A stretch of 58,791 nt of DNA, filler included, from Circinaria calcarea (taxonomy: Eukaryota), in assembly GCA_051942165.1 (NCBI GenBank). It is 10 parts of 10 records of this genome, joined end to end, with 100 filler letters (N's around TTAATTAATTAA, not from the genome) between each part and the next. Parts side by side here need not be neighbours in the genome. Positions count along the whole stretch, not along the records: positions 23,576 to 29,365 come from JAVECS010001785.1; positions 29,466 to 35,254 come from JAVECS010001786.1; positions 35,355 to 41,142 come from JAVECS010001787.1; 7 more parts are not named here. The stretch is one strand, 5' to 3'. Position numbers and translations under genes: made by a program. Positions 25,898 to 37,719 of the stretch are shown here, piece after piece. Below the pieces are notes generated by a model. It did no database searches. It was not told the DNA's origin and saw only the letters and a program-made list of their open reading frames with translations. Position 1 is the first letter of the stretch. Every line of letters begins with the position of its first letter.

Positions 25898-26972
25898 GTG
25901 TGAAACGTCTGGCTGTCAAACCATCCAACTTAGGGGTAACAGTTCATGTAGAGTGTCCCAGAATACTATCTGTGATTTCAAGTGCTTTCGATGTCTGAAC
26001 GGACAAGATCTACAAATAATGGAACTTTGAAACCGTCCTTTATGGTTTTTCAGCCTCGTATCACCCACCTTTTTGAGACGAAGTCTTTGCTTGGGACAAT
26101 AGACATGATAGCCCCGAGGCTTTGGGTGGGGTGGCCCACAGTAACTGTCACGGTGCAACCCCATACTATTCGATTTAAGCTGTAGTAATATGGCTTGGCA
26201 CCCATGCGGCTCGCATATAGAGTATGTATAGGGTCCGGTACTCATGCCATGTTCGCGAATGACTAGTGTCACTACGATCATGTTATCCCACATTGTTCTT
26301 CCCCTTTATAGGATATATGGATTACTACCAATTCATATTGATGTCAAGGCAATTATTCTGTGCCATGATTGCACTTTCTAACAGTACCGAGGGATATTCC
26401 AATGAATAAGGGGGCTGCCAATTTTGCCTCGTCTGCTTGAACCGTACGAAGGAGTTCGTATTTAGTCTTCCACGATGTGACCTTGGACTTTTCGCTCAAT
26501 CCCGCCCCCGCTCATAGTGGAAGACTAAGTACGAATTAATTGCTGCCAATATGACACTTGATCGCCGATGGGTGGCTTTGCCTGACAATTCCATGCAATC
26601 AGCAAGTCGTGTAACCACACAGATACTTAATGCATTATGCGCGTGGATTTCTCATCACACCCCACACCCGGCAAAGTGATTGATAATTTGTTTCCCTATT
26701 GGATTCATGTAAGTAACAACGTATGATAAGCTAGGAGCTAGAGCCTCAAAATTTAAAGCTGTAACGGCCGAAATCTAGAGAGTCCTCGCCATAAACACAT
26801 AACGCATTCTTTTGGATATTGAAGCTGTGGAAAAAGCTCAAACCATTATCCGTTACCGATGTATCACAGGTGAGGATCGAGGAAACTAAGTAGTCAAAGT
26901 CAAAAGGGCACGCACGGTATCCGAACTTGAAAGAGATCAGGTACTCACCGTTGGGTGCGATTGACATAGAAT

Positions 26973-28829
26973 ATGGCAGAGACAGCAGCACCTTCAGATC
27001 TTATGACGCTTTGTAAAGTATGGCTAGGATTCATCCCCTCCCTCCTCTTGGATGTCTAAAACTGAGATAATGTGCTGATCTTATATGAAGGAACCGGATG
27101 AACTTAGAGTCCCCTTGGTGATTTCTGGCCCTAGACAGTCACAAGGAGCAGACATAGAGCATATCGAGTTGATAGAGGCGAAAGAAAAGCTATGGAACCT
27201 AAGAGAAGAAAAATATCGCTGGACCGAAGAACACGAGCTCTTGAAGGCCGATTTAGAGCAGTGCAAGTCAGCACTTTTCGCATTGCAGCCACATACTCAA
27301 GTCTCTGATACAACTATCCGAAACGATTTCGAACAAATCCACAGATCGATCGAAACATGGGTTTTTGAAGTCATGGCTGATACCGACGACAATGCGCTTT
27401 TGTATAGCCGATGTCGGAACCAGCGTCGAAAAGGGGGGAAAACAAAGCGGAAATCGAACCTAGAGACTTTTATAAGAGAGGCTGATATCTTCCATAAAGG
27501 GCCCTATGGGTGTTCCAACTTTTTGATCCTGTCCATAGTAATACAGTGGGCTCTAGACGAACATGTGTTCAAGCAAACGTATCCGATTAGTCTCTCCCCT
27601 GAACAGATCGCAGTTGTCACGGATATTGAAAGGGGTATGGGAAGTCTAAGTCTAGCTAAAGGTTCGTCATCTGCGCGATCAAGTGACTTCCTATCGAATT
27701 CATAGCTAACCAGGATTTAACAGAACGATTAGCCATAGATAAATGGAGATCTGAGACATTAACAGCGCTTGCCGCTCTTCCAGAAAGCGGAAATCGAGGA
27801 GCTGAACAATCGAACAGAATATTAGGTCAAGTAAAAAAGGATCTAACTTCCTACTTACTCGAGGCCGCTGCCTTCGCTAGACTTGAAGCAAGATTCCAGC
27901 GAGATATTCTAGATCCAGCTATCAAACTGCATCAGGACATGAAGACTTCTAGTCGCCAGTATGAACTAATCGTCGAAGACTTTCCGAAGGAGTTATCTGC
28001 ACCGCAATTACTCAATGAATGGAACCTGAAAGACGCTGACACATGGGGACCGGTGAAGAGAGATACCCAGATCGAAACTCTCTTGCATTTTCTACACCCA
28101 TCTCTTATCCGACTGGGAATTGGAGGCGTGTCCCGCTTGGTTTTGTTGAAACCGGTCGCTATTGTGACGCGTCCAGGAAGGAAGGAAAACTCGACTTTAC
28201 AGACCAAAAGGGGCGAGGTTTCTAGAGACTCAGCAGTAAGGCCGAAAAGGGGTGAACTTAGCGACTACCTCGATCACCTCACACCGTTATCGATCCAGCG
28301 GCATATGTCTCCAGAGAGAAATCTCGCAGACAATACATCCTTATTTAACGGGTCATCATCTTCTTCAGATGATGAATGGCATGGACCTGCATCTCTTCAA
28401 CATGACACCGCTGACAAGGATATGTTAAATGATCATGGTATTCCTACAACTCACCCTTCAGGTTTCACAAATAGAAAAAAGCAGTCGAAGAGAAGAGAGA
28501 AGAGAAGAGAAGAGGAATCATATGAGCCGCGAGTTTCGACTAAGATCGAAGTTGAGAGAAATGCAGGGAGTTATCCCCCTATTTCGTATGCGCGATTGGA
28601 AGAGGAAAGGAGGTCGAGTACATCTCTGACTTTCCCAGCTCGGGCTGCCACACCCCACCTAGATGAGAGGAGGCAGACCACGTTGCCGCCTGTCCGGGGT
28701 AGCTCCATCGATGTAGGAGGCTCAAGCTCTTTCTTTCGTAACTTCAACCTGAGCCAATCGCTACGCTTGAAGAATCCCAGCATAAATGGGCCTCCGCGCA
28801 ACTATGACCAGCATGGTCGGAATCATTGA
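26973..28829 (+). CDS. Hypothetical coiled-coil protein (573 aa; exons 26973-27017, 27091-27661, 27724-28829)
   Basis: Two canonical introns join the ORF-track fragments into one 1722-nt frame. Contains an N-terminal coiled coil, FALQPHTQVSD, KWRSETL, ILDPAIKLHQDM, LHPSLIR...VLLKPVAIV and a disordered tail. Extra upstream exons are possible. Confidence 0.8.
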
Positions 28830-29365
28830 ACTCGTGTACCTCTATAAAGACAATATCAGCTGGTATAACCAACGTTGCCTCGCCTTTTACATTCATATTC
28901 TTCGTTTCACCTACACTTTAGTTGTGACCGTAAATCCAGCTCCGTTCGATTTCCCATTAGCTCTATCTAATCTAGCCTTCGGGACCCCCCGGTTCCCCGG
29001 CCCCCCTTTTCCTTAGAAAATCCAAGAGAGAGGGGGGGTAGGATAGGATAAGAAAAGGATAGGACGGCAGAAGAGGATAGGAGGATGGGAGGACAGGGTA
29101 AGCTAAACACACGTGAATTAAAATAAGCAACCAGATCCAGATTCAGATCGATACGATAGGAAACCACTCTTTCCAAGGAAACCCCCTCCCCGGCCCCCCT
29201 CAAAAAAAATGGTGCCAGAAGAGCAAAGGCAAGGGCGAGGGCAAGGGCCAGGGGAAAAACGGATGGGTTATTTAATCCATCTGTCTAGTCGTTAGTACGT
29301 AGAGTTGGTTGAGAAAACTGAAAAGCAAAAGAACCTTGCCCAGTCTCCCTCCGCCAACCCCCAAC

Positions 29366-29465
29366 NNNNNNNNNNNNNNNNNNNNNNNNNNNNNNNNNNN
29401 NNNNNNNNNTTAATTAATTAANNNNNNNNNNNNNNNNNNNNNNNNNNNNNNNNNNNNNNNNNNNN
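29366..29465. other. Artificial contig spacer
   Basis: N44-TTAATTAATTAA-N44. Confidence 0.99.
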
Positions 29466-30960
29466 GGTCCCAGAGGCCCGTTCACGTAATGATACTGGCC
29501 AGCAAAACGGTACTGCCGGTCGTCGTTGAGCTGGTAAAACTTGTCGCCCCAGTGCCCGGCAAAGTAGAACCATTGAGTGGGAGCGTAAGGTGTCGTAGTA
29601 GAGGAGCGTAGAGTATCGGACTTATAATCGTATTTGTAAGTATGCGAATTGAGTACTGGATCCCATAAAGGACCGCGGTCGGTCTGGTCATGAAGAAGAC
29701 CGAATGGCAGGACATATGTGTGCGTGCCAGGTGTAGCATACATAGCGTGTGTACCAGTTGCAGAATATATAACAGGCTAACAGCCGTCAGTTAAGAGAGC
29801 ACTGATGGCAACATTTGGGACGGATTGCTTACTCTTTTGCCGTACTTCTCAATCGCATCGTAGCTGTGGGCGGCACCAAAATTATGCTCACTCAGGTACA
29901 CGGCTTTCGGTTTTCCGTTTTGAAATCGAACCATGGAATGTTCCCAATCCCCCACGTGATTGCCGAAGCGGATGTTGAAGACCTTATTACCAAGGTTGAA
30001 GCTGTAAAAGTAGAACCAGAATGCGTCGACCACACCGTTACCTTTATCCACCACAATAAGGACAGCCGGTGCACTACTTCGTCCTCCCATGTCCTGCCTC
30101 TTTGGGGGACTGTCGCCATCCTGCTCGTCTCTAGCTGCTTCAAGGATGGAGACCTGGGCAGAGACACCATTTGGAATTATATATGCATCACCCAATGGAT
30201 CTGCCTCTGTTCCTACTCGTTCTGAATCACTACCCTCACCGGCTTCATACCATCCCTCTCTTTTAGCCGCACTATCGATGATTTCTCCCACAATCGTATT
30301 CTCCCAGTGAATTGTGTGCGTTGGATCGTTGTGAACCTCATCTTTGAGATTTGACTTTTCCGGCACATTTGATTTTCCGCTTAGCCATTCCGGCACCTGC
30401 TCTGGATCGTCGTCGCTTGTAAGGTATACAAATCGACCGGCGGTCCATTTGTTGAGAACATCCAGATGCGTAAGATTGGGACTATATTCCTGTATCGATG
30501 TGTAATTCAACTTGGGGGTAACGTGTTGTAAGTGATCGGCTATGTCACAAGGCCAGAAATCTTCTCCGGAGTAGAGGTGGACAAGCGGTGCATAATCAAA
30601 TACGTATTGTGGTATTTCCCGCAACACCCGCTCGTCATGAGACCAGTTCGATGGTCGAGCCTTCCTGTCATGCCACTCATTGTCATGAATATGTGCTTCA
30701 TGCAGAACATCCTGATTTAAACGCTCTGCCTTGTGTCCTAATCGAATCCTACTTCGCCAGTGAGTAACACCACAAATCCCCGCCCACCTACAAGCGGTTC
30801 GGTCTGCGAACGAGTGAGAAGTGGCGATCCATCGAGGATCTTCCTGTGCTTCAATACTTGGCTGACCTCGAGGATTGAGCAAGGTGAATAGACTGAAGAA
30901 ACTTGCATAGCTTAGGCATACAGATAACACGGTAAACCCTATACGCCTCGGAAACGACAT
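29466..30960 (-). CDS. Vps62-like protein, 3'-truncated; intron 29777-29832
   Basis: YAPLVHLYSGE, VDAFWFYFYSFNLG, GNHVGDWEH, GTHAMY and TDRGPLWDP motifs. First in-frame ATG is 30960, followed by a signal anchor; the frame stays open to about 31278, so the true start is uncertain. Confidence 0.85.
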
Positions 30961-33006
30961 CTCATCGACGGACGCCTCCAAATTGCTTGATAGATTACTG
31001 GCGATGGTGCTGGCTAAAGGCGATGGCACTTGAACTTCATTCGCAACCTTGTGAGCTCTAAGGCCAGGGAAAGCGTCGAGACCGTTGCTGTCTTGCAGAA
31101 TATCGGACTCGATTGTTGTGGCAGGTATTTTGATGAGAATTGATTCTTCCGAAGAGACGGTGTCGCAACTTGGGCCGGCCTCTGGAGGACAAGAAGGGAA
31201 AGAGACGGCAGGTATGTTTGAGGCATCGCGTAAAGAAAGCAGTTGTTGGCAGCTATGGTATATGTCGAGGCCAGCCACTAGAGTTGAGAGATTTCAAGTT
31301 AGCATTCCATGGGCCCATTGTTTGTAACGCGAAGACGTGAATGAAGAAGCAAGCGTCCATGTCTCCTGGGTGGTTTCAGTCCACGTTGCCTGTGTATTGA
31401 AATGGTTCTGGCGCATCAACAGTGGCGATGTGCAACATTGAGTTGCTAAGCCCCCTTTGCAACTCCGGTAGCAACTTGGAATGATTGGAAACGCATGATT
31501 CCGATCTAAATATTTCAGAGAGAAGAATAGGATTTTTTAACAAGGCAAAATGGATGAATGGAAGATTGCCAACATATGTTGGAGTTTGGAACATTAATAC
31601 AACTCTACAAGGACTTACTGTTTGCGGCACGGCTTGCCTGTGCACAGTCTCAAAGACAACCGGTTGGATCCAGACGGTAAGTGATGGAGACCAGCTCACA
31701 GGGAATGAAGGAGATGAGTAAGGAAGATAAAAGTCAACATCGGACAGGCTTTGGATGCTGCAGCTACTGGTAAACTCCGAGATCGCCGAAGACTTGCCAC
31801 GCAAAGGTAGTACCAGTGGTAGCACCATCCATCAGATCGGGGCTAAAATAAACTTCCCGACGTTTGGCTAAAGCTTGTCTTACGAGGGGTTTCAGCCCTA
31901 CCAGAAGAGGAACCGGCTTCACAGAGTTGCCGGCCTCCAGTTGTATTAGATGTGAATTTGCACGGTAGGCATCATCTTTGAACCTTTGCGCATATACGTT
32001 CTGGCATATACCTTCGGGCATAATTCTGACTCCGGGTTAAAGCTATCCCGTGTGGTCTGGTTATAGAAAACCATGGCTACTTGTTCCAATATAGTTGATC
32101 TTAACATTATACCTAACACACCACAATGCTCTATACCATAGTAGTTCAACGGTTACCTCCAACATGCTGAACGAATGAATTTACCGGGGAGATACCAAGG
32201 AGAGGCAATAAGCTAGACCATGCTTCACGCTCAGAGGATCGGCGTGAAACCGACGTATGGCCAAAGAGCAGCGCATTTCAGCCCGTTCCGTCCATACTCT
32301 AAAGTCCGATGTTGGCACTTGGTTCAAGACTACGCATGTAGGGATTACTGTCCTTCTCCATCACTTCTAGGCTCGTGTTCTCGGTGTGGTCTCTATCTCA
32401 TTTCACCAAAAGTTGCATTTCTCAAGATATTCTAGTCGACCATCTAGGTAGAGGGCAGGCTCGTCACCCAGGTAGGATTTTACTCGCCGCCAAGGTGTAC
32501 ATTGTGCCCAAATCAGAATGCGGTAGGGCAACTCAGTGGGGTTGGAACTGACTGTTGCGACGCGAGAGCCATGTATGATCAATATAATATTCCTAGACAC
32601 CCGAGCTGGCCAATAGGTCTGGGCCCAGTGTGTGCGTAGAATAGCAGCTGATATACCCTTTACCCTTCAAATGTAAACAATTAATACGCGTAGGTAGTTG
32701 GTCGTGTGAAATTATGCTTCTCCATGACTGTTTTCAAGGGTACGGTAGTTATTTTCACTGAAAGTCATCGGGTTGTGGTCCTATTTTTAGGACACTGTCG
32801 CAAGGCTGACTTGGTGCGACACTAAAGAAAGTCTGACACATTTTCGCGCAACCTTCCCCTTCTCCCTCAGACAGCTCAGCCCTCAAATTTCGCGGTCCAT
32901 CAACGACCTCTTTGATTTTCATCACATCTCAGCCATCTCCACCATCTTCAATCTTTCCACCTCGAACATCACCGCATTCGATAGAGATTCTCACTTGCCC
33001 ATCACC

Positions 33007-34080
33007 ATGTCTCGTGGTGGCGGGACGACCCTCTACGTGACCGGCTTCGGCCATGGTACACGAGCTCGCGACCTTGCCTACGAATTCGAACGGTACGTCA
33101 AAAACGCACGAGTAGTCGAGTCATCGACCCCCTCCCCCGAACCTCCTGCCTCGTCGCACTTGCAATGCGAGAATTCGTCTCGATGAATCTTCTTCCCCTG
33201 CGCGAACGAGCGTCGCCCGTCCTTTCCGTCTCCCTTGTTTCCCCCGTATCTGTCCTGGCTCGAAGCCGTATTCGTCCAACGAGATCGATACCTTCGTTTC
33301 CTCGTCCTCCTTTATCCTCCCACCGTCTAGGTACTTCGATGGCGGCGAATCTAACGTTTCTACTCGCAAAGCTATGGCCGTCTCGTGCGCTGCGATATTC
33401 CAGCCCCAAGGAGTGCCGCTAGCAGACTGTACGTTTTCCAATCCCGGGCATCCCTGATGTCACTCCGACGCAGCGACCGCTAACACGACAAGTAGGTTTG
33501 CCTTTGTGGAGTATGAGAGTCGACGCGACGCAGATGATGCATATCATGAGATGCACAACAAGCGCCTCAATAGAGATGACATGTTGAAGATTGAGGTACC
33601 GTCTACGGACTACTCCTACACGCTGGTTCGGCTGTGAGATGCTTATCGTTGAATTAGTGGGCTCGTACTCCTCCCTCTGCTTCATGGCGCTTCGATTCTG
33701 GTCGTGATCGTGCTCCAGGTGACCGTGGTGATCGTGGCTCAGGTGGTCGTCGTTCGCCTCGCCGTGGACGTACTCCTTCTCCGCCCCGTCGTAGCGGCCG
33801 CGACTACTCCCCACGCAAGGATGATCGGCGTGATCGTGACTACGATAGGCGTGACCGTGACCGTGACCGTTCCCGAAGTCCAGACGATCGAGACCGCGAG
33901 ATGAAGGATGTTGATGTTCGTCATCGTCGGGACGATGATGATCGCGAGAACGGCACAAACGGCGATGACCGTAAAGGTAGAACCATATTTGATTCTGAAG
34001 GGAACGCAATTGCTGAATACGATCAAGTCGCTATGGACTCCCCTATCCCTGCTCATGATGAGTTGGATACGGCAGAGTAG
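33007..34080 (+). CDS. srp1: SR-family RRM pre-mRNA splicing factor (Srp1-like), 5 exons (33007-33092, 33372-33428, 33496-33595, 33658-33976, 34028-34080)
   Basis: TLYVTGF (RNP2), RLFAFVEY (RNP1), IEWARTPPSASWRF and an RS/RD-rich tail; four canonical introns. Confidence 0.9.
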
Positions 34081-35254
34081 ATGATTCCTCTCGGCCTGGT
34101 TTCAACGATTTGCAAGTTGAGGCACTCTCGCCTAGATTTGCTTCATATCATCCAGGCACAGGGGCAATCGTTTGCTCAAATGCCCTAGAGTACGGGAAGG
34201 CGGAACCAGAAATGAAGCTTGCTAGGTGAAAAGTTTAGATTGGTCAAGTTAAGGATCTCGTTTTTCATTTGTCGTCTGCTGTCCAGGTGCTTTACTCCCA
34301 ATTCTTTGGCGATTGAGAGTGCGAGGCAAACAAACTGATGGAAAGGGAAAGGTGTGGTTTATGTGGCCAGCAGTTCGAGTCCTTCCTGTCGTACCTTCAG
34401 ATTCCTCGCATCGGTCGATCGCTTGTTCGCTCAGATCTTCCTGTACCGTCGGCGAGACCTCAATCAAAAACTCGTTTACTCTCCTCTTCGCGATCTCGAC
34501 GGCACTTCATGCCCTGTCCTCCCACGTCCTCCCACGTCCCCGTTCCGAGTCTGTCCTACTTCGTCCTCTTTCCCGTCGTCCAGCATCGAATCACGATCCG
34601 AACTAACCTACAGTGGCACATGCGTAACTTTTTATACATCACCCATATCTACTAACAAACAGCTAAATTTTAACTATATTACTGGAGGAAATCACTCTCT
34701 AGGATTAAATACCTAACCACCTCATCTTAGCTTATCATAGGACCTCCACGAACCCCTGTATCCCCTGATTCTTGATTCTTGATTCTACCGATATCTGTTC
34801 TAGTATATATGATGAGACGTGGCGACTCGGTGAATTGTAACTTCAAACTCGTCTATCAGAGGACATTATAATGGCTTCCATAACACCTACACCCCTTTTA
34901 CAGAGTGCATATTAGTCCATCCCCTATAAATTTTAGCCGTGTGTTTTCATGACTCCCACGAACCTGAAGCAAACTTCTCACCAAACCGTACGACACTTGT
35001 AAACTGGAATTCCCCACCAAATTCTGCTGTAGCAACTGTTCGAAAAAGTTAGTAGGGATTCCCAGACCGATAGCCTAAGCCACCGAACCCGTTCAGTGCA
35101 TTAGATTACTGTTCCCAGAAGTCCAGAAATACCCGGTATCTTCTCCTTTTTGCTCTTGCTCCCTGGCTCTCTATCCCCAGCTCGCTATCCTCAGCTCTCT
35201 ATCCCCCCCCTCACCCCCTTCCCTAGAACATTCCATTCCTCTTTTCCTTTTCTC

Positions 35255-35354
35255 NNNNNNNNNNNNNNNNNNNNNNNNNNNNNNNNNNNNNNNNNNNNTT
35301 AATTAATTAANNNNNNNNNNNNNNNNNNNNNNNNNNNNNNNNNNNNNNNNNNNN
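35255..35354. other. Artificial contig spacer
   Basis: N44-TTAATTAATTAA-N44. Confidence 0.99.
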
Positions 35355-36701
35355 GGCCAGTAATGACGAACCTCTTCTGCTCTTTGGCACCTGAAGCCTT
35401 TTCAACACGGAAGGCGCTCTGGATTCGATCTAGTAGCTCGGAGCGTCCAGTGAATAGACTGTTGACTGTACCGCGAATCATCCAAGGCCGGGCCAACTCG
35501 GCATCTAAACGCAAGCGGTCAGTCTCTATGCCTGGATGTGAATGCTACATCTGTGCAATCCATTACCTACCCTTTCTGCAATACCGATCAGCCACCATGG
35601 AAGGACCATCTCTGACCATCCTCCGGATCTCCGGCAGTAGTAGAGTAAAGTTGCTGTCATCCACCCCGCTGAACTTGTTAAGTCCCGAATGGTCGGTGTG
35701 CATATACATAATCCTCGTCCCGATTAGAGTAGCTGACTGTGGACTTACAAACTGCTCGTGGTTAGCAGGTGAGATGGACAGGCCGAGAGAAACGTAGCCG
35801 AACCTGTGTGCTCAAAGGCCCATAATCAGCCTCTCTGTTCTCGTAGAAGCACACAATATTATAACCGTTATAACTGCCCCAGAAGTCTATTGAAAGAGCA
35901 TGCAGACTTCGAGTATCTTTCATCAAGGTCTCTAACAAAGTATACTTGAGCCCTCCCTGCTGGGCAATCCGTACAAGCTGACCTATCCACTTCCCGTATA
36001 CCGCTGCACCGCTTCCTTGGAATGGCGCGCCAAGGAATACAATGCCTGCGACTGAGCGGCGAAGGTCGATATACTCACGGTGATGGACGGCATGAACGAG
36101 TGCCTAGCTCCATTAGCAGGTGACGTTCAGCTGAACAGCTAATATGTAACAGACCTGCTGGATGACAAGGCCTCCAAGACTATATCCGATCAGGACGAGC
36201 GGCCTTTGACGTTCCTGTCATTGCGCTGGCTTTAGAGACAAAGCTAGCTGGGCAAGGGTCTACACGACAACATACATTCGCATCCTGTCTGTGCTGGAAC
36301 GGGACGTTCAACAGTTGCCGGCCGCACTCATATAAGCTAGTATTAACCCGGCGGTCTTTCCAGTCCGACTCGTAGCTATATGTGCATTCTGGAATTGTGG
36401 CACCAGTAGGTCCCGAAGCCACATCACCTCCACTAGGCCATGTTTTCCGTCCTTGCCTTGCGCTTTATTGTTCTTCCAAAATAGCCTGTCCCTAAACCTC
36501 TTCGGTTCAGTATTTTCTTGGGCGGGGACTTTCTTAGCCATGTGTAAAACGTGTGAGCACCCAGCCCTTGGACGGCGACAATACTGTGCAAGGTCAGCAG
36601 GGTCTGGACTTGTTGTTAAGCCTGGCTTACTCGACGTCTGGGGTAGATCCAGGCGGGGACCAGAACTTGAGCCCGCTGTCTTTAATCTTCTCTTGCGCCA
36701 T
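35355..36701 (-). pseudogene. NLR-like gene with SesB-like alpha/beta-hydrolase N-terminus and start of NB-ARC; two frameshifts; 3'-truncated by the contig edge
   Basis: DIVAVQGLGAH, WLRDLL, YSYESDW, GYSLGGLVIQQAL, GIVFLGAPFQGS, CFYE, DHSGLNKF, then VNSLFTGR...RFVITG. Frame breaks near 36539 and 36375. Confidence 0.85.
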
Positions 36702-37719
36702 GCTACTTGATCCCCTCACGGCCTGAGCTAGTAGTGCAGCTATGAATAGAGGGTGAGGTTGCGGAGCGGATTGATCATGTTGCGCGCACAGCGATAGCCA
36801 GCTGTCACAGTCACATGACGTGCGGTGCTTGGTAGCTGACAGCGGAGCTGCGCGATAAAGGGCATGCACCCCATTCGAGCTGCAGGGCCCAAGCTTTGCC
36901 TCAGTGCCACCTCCGCAAGCTCCGGAGGCCTCAGACTTCTTTCGTACTAACTCCGCGTAAAAAAGGTTATTCCGTTCCGATATTATGTAAACCTTTTTTG
37001 AAAGAACGCGCACGCTATTTTGAGCATCTACTAACTACATACAGCTGAAAAATACGCGTCAGCGAAGCAAAAGCAGTCTGAGACAACCCAAGCTCCCGCC
37101 CAGCGTGGATTACAATACTTTAGTCGGCACGGACCGGCCCTCGCCGGAGGACCTACCATAGTATAGTCAGAAATTTCATGGTTCGGCGCAACACCACAGG
37201 CACTACCATGTGCACGCAGCATTGCAATTCGCTACCACTATGATAAAATTTAAGTAAGTGCATTCGAAAGAGCTCATTGAGCGCATTCCAATGCCGTTGA
37301 AATTTCAAAAATCGAAGAAGAACTGCGTGCGCAATAGCCGTTGGGGAGTTTGCAATTGAATCGCACATTTTGCTGCCGAATTATGCATTATGCGATTCGC
37401 TCCGAGTAGAATTCCCACCACCACGTGCAATGCGCCACTACGGAGTACGGAGTAAATCCGTAGAGCGTACTCTGTAATATTTACATCATACTCTGTACTC
37501 CGTACTCCATACGGAGTAATAACAATGTTATTCACGAACATTCTTCTTACAGAGAACATCTAAAGGCCCTGATTGTGCCCTCTTATTGCCCTGCAACGCT
37601 CAAAACACCTTTCTATTCTGCCCTGCTCGTGTAAAGGCGTGCGAGCTGGCACGAATTTGTGGTGACATACAAACGCGTTTGTACAGATAGGTAGTACGGC
37701 CCTGGATTGCGACCTGGCC

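Noticed and set aside
30961..31278. Non-AUG N-terminal extension of the Vps62-like gene
   Set aside because: The frame is open but has no ATG. A branch/acceptor-like site at 31278 has no convincing donor, so it cannot be resolved from sequence.
33419..34056. His/Asp-rich and Val/Thr-rich antisense and alternate-frame ORFs
   Set aside because: Shadows of the repetitive RS/RD domain of the SR gene.
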